64,000 nt of DNA, taken from Tubulanus polymorphus. Its lineage: Eukaryota; Animalia; Nemertea. Shown piece by piece: positions 1-25,097 of this stretch. Both the position numbers and the translations under genes were made by a program. Position 1 is the first letter of the stretch; every line of letters starts with the position of its first letter. The DNA is taken from positions 31,827,868 to 31,891,867 of the forward strand of contig NC_134026.1 of NCBI RefSeq assembly GCF_964204645.1, written 5' to 3'. The notes under the pieces are model-generated. The model did no database searches. It was not told the origin of the DNA and saw only the letters and a program-made list of their open reading frames with translations.

Positions 1-996
1 AGAGAGAGGTGAGACTGAGAGGTAGAGAGAGAGTTAGAGAGAGAGGTAGAGAGAGAGGTAGAGAGAGAGGTGAGACTGAGAGGTAGAGAGAGAGTTAGAG
101 AGGTAGGGAGAGAGGTAGAGAGAGAGGTAGGGAGAGGTTGAGAGGTAGGGAGAGAGGTTGAGAGGTAGAGAGAGAGGTAGGGAGAGAGGTAGAGAGAGAG
201 GTAGGGAGAGGTAGGGAGAGAGGTAGGGAGAGAGGTAAAGAGAGAGGTAGGGAGAGGTAGGGAGAGAGGTAGAGAGAGAGGTAGGGAGAGGTAGATAGGT
301 AGGGAGAGAGGTAAAGAGAGAGGTAGGGAGAGAGGTAGGGAGAGGTAGAGAGAGAGGTAGGGAGAGGTAGAGAGAGAGAGGTAGGGAGAGGTAGAGAGAG
401 AGGTGAGACTGAGAGGTAGAGAGAGAGTTAGAGAGGTAGGGAGAGAGGTAGGGAGAGAGGTAGGGAGAGGTAGAGAGAGAGGTGAGACTGAGAGGTAGAG
501 AGAGAGGTGAGACTGAGAGGTAGAGAGAGAGTTAGAGAGAGAGGTGAGACTGAGAGGTAGAGAGAGAGTTAGAGAGGTAGGGAGAGAGGTAGGGAGAGGT
601 AGAGAGAGAGGTGAGACTGAGAGGTAGAGAGAGAGTTAGATAGGTAGGGAGAGAGGTAGGGAGAGAGGTAGGGAGAGGTAGAGAGAGAGGTGAGACTGAG
701 AGGTAGAGAGAGAGGTGAGACTGAGAGGTAGAGAGAGAGGTGAGACTGAGAGGTAGAGAGAGAGGTGAGACTGAGAGGTAGAGAGAGAGAGAGGTGAGAC
801 AGAGAGGTTGTGAGAGAGGTAGAGAGAGAGGTAGGGAGAGGTAGAGAGAGGTTGTGAGAGAGGTGAGACTGAGCGGTAGAGAGAGGTAGGGAGAGGTGAG
901 ACTGAGAGGTAGGAGAGGTGAGAGGTGAGACTGAGAGGTAGGGAGAGGTTGTGAGAGAGGTAGAGAGAGAGGTAGGGAGAGAGGTAGGGAGAGGTA
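1..996. repeat. Degenerate GA-rich (GAGAGAGGTA/GGTGAGACT) low-complexity tandem repeat in an ANAPC4 intron
   Basis: Visible periodic purine-rich tract. Confidence 0.95.
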
Positions 997-1010
997 GCGA
1001 TGATACTTAC

Positions 1011-13168
<12,158 letters not shown>

Positions 13169-13544
13169 GACTCTCCTCCTAGTCTCAAACTCTTTCCTAC
13201 TCTACAACAACAACAACAAACAGATATAAAATAATGAGTTCTATTTCATATACAGAATATAAAGTAAAACCTGCGGTGGAACAGAGCATAATAAACGTTA
13301 TTCATAATTTATTGAATTTGTGAATTGGTGACGTATGAATTGAATCCGTTGATTTTATTGGACGGATATGGCTTTAATTTACGGTTTATTCCAAGTTTAG
13401 GACACTTAACAGTACAATGTATAGTTGAAGTTGAATCTTTCCAGTCTACTGAGAATATTTTTGAGATCTGAAACTCAAGGATTGACCCTTAAAACGTATT
13501 TAAACGCGCTATTTATCGACGTTTTTTAGCCATCAATTTCACAC

Positions 13545-13720
13545 ATGGGCGCCGCCATGTTTGTTTTCACGTATGGCCAATTAGAACGAGGGTTTCATAT
13601 CTGACATTATCACGAACCAATCAAAACTAGGGTTAGGGTTAGAGTTTGTTAGGGTTAGGGTTAGCACCAATCAGCGATCAGCTTACAAATCGATATGAAG
13701 CCGCCATATTTGAAACTGAA
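13545..13720. promoter_or_regulatory. Bidirectional ANAPC4/ARHGAP19 promoter
   Basis: CCAAT boxes at 13577, 13617 and 13667; YY1-like GCCGCCAT at 13551 and 13700; CHR-like TTTGAA at 13709; TTAGGG repeats at 13627-13664. A GTAAGT donor at 13803 marks a probable non-coding first exon of ARHGAP19. Confidence 0.7.
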
Positions 13721-15889
13721 ACTCAATATTGCGGATTCTTTATGAGTTTTTACGGGTTTTAAAGATATTTTTTGGTCGAATTCGGGATTGATTTCAACTC
13801 GGGTAAGTATTAATCTACAGTATCAGTAATATAGATGAGTAGGGAGTGGGCGGGGCTATGTGTCAATCAGGTATTGTCTGTTAGACGGTGTAGTAGCCGG
13901 GAGGGCGTGGCTCTGCAGGGGTTTACTGGTTATTGTTCTCTCTGGGGTATTGTCACAGTGTATGTGTATATATCAGTCAGTCAGTGTTTCATACACGTAT
14001 AAAGTCAGTCGCTACTCTCTCTGATCCATCTCTGTGGAGAGCCACTGATCCAACATTCACACTGGACCGTCGCGATTCTGTTACTATCACATCATCAGCT
14101 TCCAGCAGCATCAATAACATCTCTACTACTGGGAAAACAAAGCTTTAATAACAGGCTTCACTAAACCAGGAGTAACAACAATGTTATAAAACTGAGGAGG
14201 AATTATAAACATTTATTCCGTGTTTTATGATCTTATCAAAACGCATTTAAACTTTTCACAAACGTTCGTTGGGAATTATTTATAATCTGGTGAGTACAGT
14301 TAACAGAATCTTAGTTTATTCTCGTCTTCAGATTTTAGATCACACTCACAAAGTTTTATTAAATAAGTTATATTTAAAGTGTCTTACAAATCTTGAAAAT
14401 AATATTTATTATTAAAGTTATCATTTAAAGGTGTTAGTTCAGGTTTTATAGTGAAGAGTTATGGGGAGGTTTAGGGGGTCTTACTGAGGTTTAGGGGGTC
14501 TTACTGAGGTTTAGGGGGTCTTACTTAGGTTTAGGGGGTCTTACTGAGGTTTAGGGGGTCTTACTGAGGTTTAGGGGTTTTGGATTGTAAAATGATGCTA
14601 ATAATGATTCGTAATTGGATCTAATGATATAGTAACTAGAGTTTGTATGGTTTAGTATAAACCTCTTTGAGCTCTCACACCCTACACCCCCTACCTCTAA
14701 TTCTACTATACAAACCAACTGTGTAATTATTGTTGTGAAGAGAACTATTGTGTAAGAACAAATAGAAGTCTCTTTCTCACTGAGGCTGACTAAATAATCT
14801 GTTTGGCTTTAAGTGCTTAATGTGTTATACATGTTATTGTTTTTATACCAATTCTAGCTGAGCAAAGTTTTATGCATGGTTTTTAGAATAAGTCTTAATG
14901 CAATGTGTTAGAATTCTCACGATTCATAGAAACTCTGATCACAAATTTTAACTCCTAAATATCGGATTACAAATCTTGAACATTGCGGGCCGCGTTATTC
15001 TTAAAACTACCGTTAGAATGCTGCATCGATCCAAACAATGCCCCCTAAACGGTTTAAAATTTAAATTCAAAAGTTTCTAAAATGTTTTACTCAATATTTA
15101 ATTGTTCTGTTTATAAAGGTGTGAAAATTTATGCACGTTTGGTCCTGAATCTAACAAACAAACAAACAAACAGTCAGTGTCCTGTATGACTCACAGTATG
15201 ACTGTAATTATACAGTATCATAACCAAACTATGTTGTTAAATATCTTTCTTTTGTCCTCTCTCTCTCTACCTCTCTCTCTCTCTCTCTACCCCTCATCCT
15301 CTTTCCCTCTACGTCTCATATCTCTGTCTCTTTCTCCACTGACTACCTAAAACAATAAGTAACTCTCTCCCCCTCTCTCTCTCTCTCTGAACCCGTATAC
15401 TACTTGTAGGTAGAGTCTGGTGTTTGAAAATCAGCTGTCAAAATTTAAACGCCTAAACTGCATACACTGAGAATTTCTATTGTTTGAATTAAATGGTTTC
15501 AAACAAAGAATCAATACTCACTCGCCACAGCTGTGCCTTATCTGCTGCTACGTTTTAATAATACAATCGGTTAGAATTTGAATTCACAGCTGTGAGTGAC
15601 ATTAGGTAGAAATATGGAAGGAGTGTGTCGCAGCCTGAAGGGTTTGAAATCAGTCTTTAAAGTGTGTCTTCTACATCAGTAGGGCCCAGGGGTTGATATA
15701 ATACCTGACAGGGGGATGATACCAGACAGGGAGATGATACCAGACAGGGGGGGGGGATGCTGCTGCTGACAGCCAGGAACTGCTGCGATGCTTTATGTCT
15801 GTTAACACTTCATGTCATTATGATGTAATTGAGTCTGGAATCTGAATCTAATCTCTGTTCATATTTAATTGATTTATATTTACAGAGTA

Positions 15890-18800
15890 ATGAATGAACT
15901 AAGAGGTATGGATAGAGGTATGGATGTATCTGTGAGAGGTATGGAGGAGGTCACCACTGAATTAGAGAGAGGAGTGAACAGATTGAGGAATACAAATCCC
16001 GATAAATTTCAATCGATGTGTAAAATGCATCTGTCGTTTTTGTTGGATCTTTCTGGAGCGAGTCTGGAGGAATTCCTCTCCGAGCCGGATGATGATTCCT
16101 CCGACCAAAATCAATCATCGACCTCGAAATCATCGTCAAAAACATCGAAATCATTCACGACTCCGTTTCAGAAGAGGAAGAGTAAGTTTTCACTTTACAT
16201 TTGAGAAAATAGAAAATTAAAACCATTCAATGAACAAATGAGTTTATATTTAAAAACATTGATTGTTGATGGACTAGTTAAGATCGGACTAGTAAGACTA
16301 TCCCACTGAGTACCGGGGTAGAATCTTCACCCGGTAAAGAGACTGAGACTCAAACTGTATTCTTATTTAGTTTTGAATTGTTGTTTTGCAGATAAGAATT
16401 GCAGTGTTTTTTCTGATGTTCCCAGTTTATCTGAAGATTGTATTAAACAAGTTTTACAGTTAGTGCAGTATCTCGGCAGACCTAACAGTAAGTTCTCCAA
16501 CCTCTCTCTCCAACCTCTCTCTCCAACCTCTCTCTCTACTTCTCTCTCTACCTCTCTCTCTACCTCTCTCTCTACCTCTCTCCCTACCTCTCTCTCTACC
16601 TCTCTCTCCAACCTCTCTCTCCAACCTCTCTACCTCTCTCTCCAACCTCTCTCTCCAACCTCTCTACCTCTCTCTCTACCTCTCTCTCCAACCTCTCTCT
16701 GCCTCTCCAACCTCTATTCAGATTCTGTATCTATGCTCTTCTCTCAATAATTAGCCTCATACACTGATAAATTAACCAATAATTTGCCTATAAATTACAT
16801 GTTCTACAATCGATTTTACTCCAGTGATTTTGAATGAGAGAGTTTTTCATTTCACTAATGTGAATGACTCTTCAGTAATTACATCATTGAACCCCTTCAG
16901 GGCGAGACCCAGCCTCTCCCTCTCTACTCTCTGATTCCCTGTGGCTCATCCTTATTTCACTAGTTGATTTCTTTCTATTTAAAATTCTTCAACTAGAAAA
17001 ATTAATTTTGCTCTCTTCACTAATGAGCCCCCCTCAGCCTAGCTATTCCCACGGTTATAAATCACGGATTAACTCTCATTACTCTTAGATTAATCTTACT
17101 CTACCTATCCGAACCTATAGTTCAGCGATATAGTATAAATGTTGAAATGAACTTTGTAAAAGGACGAGGGCTCTATATCTATCGGTACATTGTTGAGAGA
17201 TCGCTATCGGTTACGAGCGACTGCTGGTATACAGGTGAATTATTCGTACAACAATTGAAAAATGCATCTCACATGCATTGAAAAACGGGTCACAGAGAAC
17301 CGAACCGACTACGACCCGACCCAAGACACTCCTTTATTATAAAACACAATCATTCCACTTTACTGTGAACAGATTGTAGTAACATCCTGTCTCGCAGGTG
17401 CATTTTATGAATATTTTTAGAAATTCGAACTCTATCCACACAGGGCTGCCGGGTAACAGGTGAATTATGATTAAACAGTTTTAATTGTTATAATTTCCTG
17501 TTGAAATTTAAGATAAATACGATATATAAGTTGCTATCCAGGTGTAACAATAAACCTGAGATCGGAGAGGAGGAGAATTAAATATGGCTTCACAAATACT
17601 TGATAAATACTATGTGAATTACACTAAATCAAATATTGATATCATCATCTCTAAGATCAGGGAGAGATGGAGAGTAGCCTAGAGGCTGAGGATGATTTAA
17701 ATGTTACATAAGATTAAACATTATGATTTCTAGTTTGAAGTTTCTCATTGATTAAACTTGTAGTATCTATGTGATCTAGTGTCAGGGTCTATCATCATCA
17801 TCGGGCCTTCAGGGCTTGTGTTTCTACAAGTCATTATCAACCTGTCTGTCTGTCTGTCTGTCTCTGTCTGTCCGGCTGACTAACTCCAGATCGGGTGTAA
17901 ATCCTAGTCTGAGTCTTATAATAACTTCAGTCTCAAATTCTATTGTTTATAGAATATTAATTAATTATAGGAAGTAATTAATTAATAAGTTTGATTTGAG
18001 CATATGATCAGAGATGATCTTTATAACGACTACTGTGTGTAATTACGGTCAATGTAATTATATAATTGGATAATTAGTTCGACCATAATTAGCCCTGAGA
18101 GTATAATTAATCAATTATGAAGATCTATAATTGGTTAGATGTCATTTTTACTCATATTTGAGAGTTGTGTGAGATGAATTGTAAAATCCTGGCCTTAATT
18201 ATTCATTTCTTTGATGCAGTTTTTAAGCAATCAATTTCTCAGTATGTGGTGGTATATCAGTAATTATTGATGAGTAGATGGTTAGGGGAGGGGGCCCTGG
18301 CAGCTGGACACATATATATATATATATATGTATAGTGCTTGGTGGTGATTGTTTAATATTTAATCCATCTCTCTTTATTCATACAAAACCCAAAAGCGTT
18401 TGATCGAATCTTCTTGTGAAATATGTGAATGCTTGTTTGTATTGTTATCTATTTCTAAGCATTATTTGAATTCATCTGCAGCCAATCTAAAACTCCCCCC
18501 TCCTCGTCCTATAGAGCCTTCTCAGCCCCTATATATCTATCTCCTATAGTTGTATATATAATAAAACAGCCTATAAACCCCCAATAGCTAATTCTCATGT
18601 ATAGATCCATAGCTAATTGTCTCCTCAATATCCTCTCCTCAGACTTTACATTATAACCTCGAGCGCAGTCATCTCTCATTGATCTTTGTCATCTTTTATT
18701 TTGCTTAGATCTGAAGTTTATTATTTCAGTTTTTGAATCGTTCAATAAACAAGGCAGTTCGTGTTGCTAGGTTATTTGATTTATTTTCGCTGGTCATAAA

Positions 18801-21800
18801 AACATTTAGTATCACATGTTACATCATTGTTACAGCGGCGAGTGGGTTTTATTACCACACCCATTCTCTCTTTCATCCATTCTCCGGTGAGTGGGGGATC
18901 TGTTGAACTATGAGCGATGTATTTATGGAGCAGGTCCTAAAAATATCAAAATCTCAAAGGGTTTGAAGTTGACGTTTCACTGTGACTTCCAGGAGTTTGA
19001 GAGGAGATTTACAAGTTTAATCCTGGTTTAAGTCATGGGATTACAATGTTATAGTAAGAGTAACTTATAGTGAGAAAGTTAACTGATGTTGTTGTTAGAT
19101 GAAGTGATGTAATGTTATAGAGAGTTAAAGGAGAGGTTGAGGGAGGTTACATCATCCGGTCAATGAATCATACACGCTATTAAATGACCATCAAATCCAT
19201 CTTTCACATTCCCACAAACTCCTCTATTCAACTCGTTACTAAGCCAGTTTATAAATGAGTTTAATAAAATGTAATAATAGTTTTTGTTTCTATGATATTT
19301 TACAGATATAAAACAAGAAGGCTTATTCCGTAAAACTGGACATTTACAACGACAAAAACAACTGAAACATCGTTTATTCACCGGTGAATCGTTACAACTA
19401 GACAACAATGAAAACAGTTACACCGCTCACGACTGCGCCAACGTCTTAAAACAATTCCTCGGAGATTTACCTGAACCGTTGCTAGGAGACCGTTATTATA
19501 AAGGTCATTGTCAAGTACCGGATATGTTGCCGACGGATACGGATGCTTTAACGGAGAAAGATCGTAAACGTATTTTCAACAAACAGATTAAATCGATACA
19601 ACTTTTATTTCATCTGTTACCGGTCGAACAGGCCACGATTTTAGAATGTTTACTTAAACTTCTGCATAAAGTTTCTAAAGTGGAAGACAATAAAATGACG
19701 GCCGATACTCTGGGTACTTTATTCGCTCCACATATACTCTGTCCTAGAAAGGTAAGATTAATTCAACGATCGAATCTAAACCCGGATTATTCTAATCCGG
19801 TAGCTGGATTAAATATTTATAATATTTGATTTCAGATAACGGCTTTAGAGCTTCGAGCTGTTTCTAAAAGTATCACTAAATCAGTGGCGTTTATGATCGA
19901 AAACGGGCCGCAATTATTCAAAATACCGTTAGATCTAGCGAGAGATATCGCCACCTACTGGCGAGAGATGGAACAAGCACCGGACTCGCGTCCTAATTCC
20001 AGAGCGTCGATGACATCATCGTCCGAGGAGGATGATCCTGATCTAACTAATGAAAGATTTGGGGTAAGTTCTCCCCCCTGCTTCCGTGTCTCCCCCTCTC
20101 CCCGCTCCCTCTCTTCCCCTGCTCCCTCTCTTCCCCTGCTCCCTCTCTCCCTGCTCCCTATCCCCTTGCTCCCTCTCTCCTGCTCCCTCTCTCCCCCGCT
20201 CCCTCTCTCCCCCGCTCCCTCTCCCTCTCACCCCTTGCTCCTCTTTCCCCCTGCTCCCTCTCCTGCTCCCTCTCTGCCCCTCTCCCTCTCACCCCTTGCT
20301 CCTCTTTCCCCCTGCTCCCTCTCCTCCTGCTCCCTCTCTCCCCGCTCCCTCTCACCCCCTGATCCCTCTCTCCCCCGCTCCCTCTCTCCCCCGCTCCCTC
20401 TCACCCCCTGTGATGTTATTAATATTTTATAGTGTATATATTTCTAGTTAAGACACGACTCATCGATGGCTACAAATACTTGTATTGCATTCGTCGACCG
20501 CGAAGCGACTAAAGCCGCTAGCGCCACCACTGATACAGAAACGGCACTAGCTCAACTTTACGCTCATGTTCAATCGATGCCCGATTCATCGAGAAAACGT
20601 AAGCTACTCAAACAATTCAACAATATGAACGGAGGCGTAGCAACGCCCTTAGATACCGCTAATAATAATAACAAATCAATCGCGAAACACAAACGCACGA
20701 AATCGATCGGAAACTCTCTGAAGGTAAATTACTCCCGGATTAAACGTTGTTATAACGTCGCTAATCGACCTTTAGTTTAAACCCGGTTTATTTATATCGA
20801 TTTATAGAAACATTTTATGAAAGGCAGAAAGAACAGAACAAACGTAAACCTGAATTTAAGCGAGGATGATTTACTATCAACGACTCAGGTAAATATTTAT
20901 CGTTGCTACGTTACGCTATTGATTATTTATCTCTATAGTTACGTTATTATTTATCGCTATGGTTACGCTATTGATTATTAATCGCTATAGTTACGCTATT
21001 GATTATTTATGCATGTTTATTGTGTTTAGTTTGACAGTAGTGTTTATGATAAAGAGAATGAGTTTTCGTTGTGTTTAACTCCTTGTCAACACGTCAGAAC
21101 TCCCGTTAAAAAACTCTTTGCTGACGCTTATAAAACGGTAAGCATATCTAGAGGGCGCCACTGATCTAGAGAGCACCACACATTGCGTATTTATTAAAGG
21201 CACTTTGATAAATTGTAGGGGTTGTAAATATATAGATGTCGCAAGTGTTTGTTATTACCTATAGAGGGCACCACAGATTGCGTATTTATTAAAGGCACTT
21301 TGATAAATTGTAGGGGTTGTAAATATATAAATGTCGCTAGTGTTTGTTATTACCTATAGAGGGCACCACAGATCGCGTATTTATTATAGGCACTTTGATA
21401 TATAGCTAGTGTTTGTTAAGATGTTTTATATATATTTTTAGCCCGGTGGTATTGATCAAGTATGCATTGTTGATATGAACGATACACTGTCGCCGATAGT
21501 AACGACACCCGATGATAATAAACGTAAGAGACGTAGTTACAGCCTCGGTAACGATAGTATTGTTGGGTTATCGGCTATTCTATCACCAGTTGCCGAGAAG
21601 GCTTTGAAAGCTAGTTCTCTATCGGTAAGTTGTAACCGCCGGTATTGTTGTAACCGACGGTATTGTTGTAACCGCTGGTATTGTTGTAACCGCTGCTGAT
21701 ATTGTTATATTTCAACTATAATTGATTGATTTATTTATTACAGAAAGCGATAATAAACCCGAGATGTCGAGCTCCTCTATCTATATTCACATCTCCGCGG

Positions 21801-21863
21801 CAACTACTCTCAACTCAATCTCCGTCGAAAAAACTGAAAACTTCGTCCGGTTGCTACGTCTAA
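15890..21863 (+). CDS. ARHGAP19: Rho GTPase-activating protein 19 (RhoGAP54D-like)
   Basis: N-terminal LRNTNPDKFQSMCKMHLSFLLDL; RhoGAP motifs EGLFRKTGHLQRQ, HDCANVLKQFLGDLPEPLL and NKMTADTLGTLFAPHILCP; C-terminal TETALAQLYAHVQSMPDSSRKRKLLKQFN typical of ARHGAP19. Stop TAA at 21861-21863. Confidence 0.92.
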
Positions 21864-22379
21864 ACAAATGGTTACTATAGTAACCGCAGTGCAATAAGTA
21901 AAGACTTTATCTGTCTCTATGAGTGTTCAATAGAGGGCGCTAGTGTGGTGTAATCGATGACCAATAGATGGCGCTATCATCTATGTGCTACTAGGTTTTA
22001 TTGTAAACAGTTGTATATATAAAGTTAGTCTCATGTTCTTGCATTTAATTCCTCTTAATTCAAAGTTCAGTATTAAATAGAATGATTCATTAAAAACCTG
22101 TGAACAGTTTCATTATGTTTTAATTGTATAAACTGTAAATAAATGAAAGAATTAATTATAAAATGATGTTTGAATTCAGCGCTCTGGGTTTTATATAAAC
22201 AGCAGCAGCAGCAGCATCCACACGGACAGGATCAGTGGACCCGGGTTCGAACCTACTCCCGAGACGATTACAAATATACTATGGATCCCATTCTTGCTTT
22301 ATCTCAAGATTTGAAAATGTACATCCTCTATTCAGCATCAGTTATCAGTAATTACTTTTGTTTAAGATATTTACATTTC

Positions 22380-22557
22380 ACCGTACGGTGCTGCCTCTAT
22401 GCTCATCGGTAGCGGGATTTTCATACACTAACGTCAGTCAACTCTGGCAAGCAAGGGTTACGGAGTACAAGTGGACAGCACGACGATTGCCAGAGTTGAC
22501 TTCAGTTAGTGTATGGAAATCCCGCTAACGATGAGCATAGCGGCAGCACCATACGGT
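22380..22557. repeat. Fold-back (MITE-like) inverted repeat with ~70-bp arms; further copies at 23242-23419 and 45294-45471
   Basis: ACCGTACGGTGCTGCC..GTCAACTCTGGCAA pairs with TTGCCAGAGTTGAC..GGCAGCACCATACGGT. Confidence 0.9.
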
Positions 22558-22563
22558 CGGCAC

Positions 22564-24375
22564 ACCCCTGTAAATCCTCTATTCAGCATCAGTACCACTC
22601 TGGATCAGTATCAGTAATTACCAGGTTCGAACCCGGGACACCCCTGTACATCCTCTATTCAGCATCAGTACCACTCTGAATCAGTGCCAGTAATTACTGG
22701 GTTCTAACCCCGGACACCCCCGTACATCCTCTATTCAGCATCAGGGCAACTCTGGATCAGTATCAGTAATTACTGGGTTCGAGCCCAGGACACACCTGTA
22801 CATCCTCTATTCAGCATCAGGACCACTCTGGATCAGTATCAGTAATTACTGGGTTTGAACCCTGGATACCCCTGTACATCCTCTATTCAGCATCAGGACA
22901 ACTCTGGATCAGTATCAGTAATTACTGGGTTTGAACCCTGGATACCCCTGTACATCCTCTATTCAGCATCAGTACCACTCTGAATCAGTGCCAGTAATTA
23001 CTGGGTTCTAACCCGGGACACCCCTGTACATCCTCTATTCAGCATCAGGACAACTCTGGATCAGTATCAGTAATTACTGGGTTTGAACCCTGGATACCCC
23101 TGTACATCCTCTATTCAGCATCAGTACAACTTGGACCACTACTGGATTCGAACCCGGGACACCCCTGTACATCATCTAATCAGCATCAGGACCACTCTGA
23201 TTCACTATCAGTAATTGCTTTTGTTAAGATATTAACATTTCACCGTACGGTGCTGCCTCTATGCTCATCGTTAGCGGGATTTTCATACACTATCGTTTGT
23301 CAACTCTGGCAAGCAAGGGTAACGGAGTATAACTGGACAGCACGACGATTGCCAGAGTTGACTTCAGTTAGTGTATGGAAATCCCGCTAACGATGAGCAT
23401 AGTGGCAGCACCGTACGGTCGAGACACCCCTGTACATCCTCTATCAGTACCACTCTAAATCAGTATCAGTAATTACCAGGTTCGAACCCGGGACACCCTG
23501 CTTATTAGTTATTGATTTTAAATTCCGGTAGATGGCGCATGCGAAACATAGTTCATTCTTAAACTTTGCTATCGTCAATTCAATCATTTTGACAGTTCAG
23601 CGAAATTCCGATAGATGGCGAATTTATCGTCATGGCTCGAAACCGAGATACCCCGTACATCCTCTATTCAGCATCAGGACCACTCTGGATCAGTGTCAGT
23701 AATTACTGGGCTCGAACCCGCGACACCCCTGTACATCCTCTATTCAGCATCAGGACCACTCTGAATCAGTATCAGTGATTACTGGGTTAAAACCCCGGAC
23801 AACCCTGTACATCCTCTATTCAGCATCAGGACCACTCTGAATCAGTATCATTAATTACTGGGTTCGAGCCCAGGACACACCTGTACATCCTCTATTCAGC
23901 ATCAGGACCACTCTGGATCAGTGTCAGTAATTACTGGGTTAAAACCCGGGAGAACCCTGTACATCCTCTATTCAGCATCAGGACCACTCTGGATCAGTGT
24001 CAGTAATTACTGGGTTAAAACCCGGGAGAACCCTGTACATCCTCTATTCAGCATCAGGACCACTCTGAATCAGTATCAGTGATTACTGGGTTCGAGCCCA
24101 GGACACACCTGTACATCCTCTATTCAGCATCAGGACCACTCTGGATCAGCATCAGTAATTACTGGGTTCGAGCCCAGGACACCCCTGTACATCCTCTATT
24201 CAGCATCAGGACCACTCTGGATCAGTGTCAGTAATTACTGGGTTCGAACCCGGGACACCCCCGTACATCATCTAATCAGCATCGGGACCACTCTGAATCA
24301 GTATCAGTAATTACAGGGTTTGAACCCGGGACACCCCTGTACATCCTCTATTCAGCATCAGGACCACTCTGAATC
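22564..24375. repeat. 76-bp tandem repeat containing the Pol III B-box GGTTCGAACCC
   Basis: Unit ACCCCTGTACATCCTCTATTCAGCATCAGGACCACTCTGGATCAGTATCAGTAATTACTGGGTTCGAACCCGGGAC; about 19 copies, interrupted by a hairpin block and a CTCF-like block. Confidence 0.9.
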
Positions 24376-24678
24376 TGAGGGCACTAGTTTAGTGTAAGCT
24401 TTTACCAGTAGGGGGAGCTAATGAAGATACATTGACAATGAAAACAAAGATTGATTTTGAAATATTTTATTGAATGGAAATTTATGAGAAGAATTTACAC
24501 ATGAGTTTATGAACATACACAACACATAGGGAGTGAGAGAGCAGCGCCATCTATCTGCTGCCGCCGCTGTTAGCTCCTCCCATCAGTACGATCAATACAC
24601 GATTGATTGACACATTTACATTCATTATTATTTACATTAATAATTAACAATCAGCAGAAACTAAACAATAGAACAATA

Positions 24679-25097
24679 GGGTTGATACTTCACTAGATAC
24701 ACGGTGTATCAACAGGTTGATACTTCACTAGATACACGGTGTATCAACAGGTTGATACTTCGCTAGATACACGGTGTATCAACAGGTTGATACTTCACTA
24801 GATACACGGTGTATCAACAGGTTGATACTTCACTAGATACACGGTGTATCAACAGGTTGATACTTCACTAGATACACAGTGTATCAACAGGTTGATACTT
24901 CACTAGATACACCGTGTATCAACAGGTCAGGTGTATCAACAGGTTGATACTTCACTAGATACACCGTGTATCAACAGGTTGATACTTCACTAAATACACG
25001 GTGTATCAACAGGTTGATACTTCACTAGATACACCGTGTATCAACAGGTCAGGTGTATCAATAGGGTTGATACTTCACTAGATACACGGCGTATCAA
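24679..25097. repeat. 35-bp palindromic minisatellite GTTGATACTTCACTAGATACACGGTGTATCAACAG
   Basis: About 11 copies with internal dyads GATACAC-G-GTGTATC and GTTGATAC/GTATCAAC; lies downstream of GRK, probably in its 3' UTR. Confidence 0.9.

Larger units (their letters stand above)
21919..24420 (+). mobile_element. Composite repeat cassette, copy 1 (CAG microsatellite, fold-back hairpins, 76-bp tandem repeats); candidate non-autonomous element or segmental duplication
   Basis: Collinear with 44664-46105, from ATGAGTGTTCAATAGAGGGCGC to CCAGTAGGGGGAGCTA. Confidence 0.75.

Noticed and set aside
13627-13664. Chromosome end or telomere fusion site
   Set aside because: Only short, same-orientation TTAGGG runs, with intact genes on both sides.
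22564-24375. CRISPR array or tandem tRNA genes
   Set aside because: Units are contiguous with no unique spacers, no cas genes and a eukaryotic context; no cloverleaf stems are found.
22564-24375. Hammerhead-ribozyme satellite (retrozyme)
   Set aside because: The minus strand has CTGATGC rather than CUGANGA, and no GAAA core. Other CTGANGA hits (4426, 8432, 57723) also lack stem II and GAAA.
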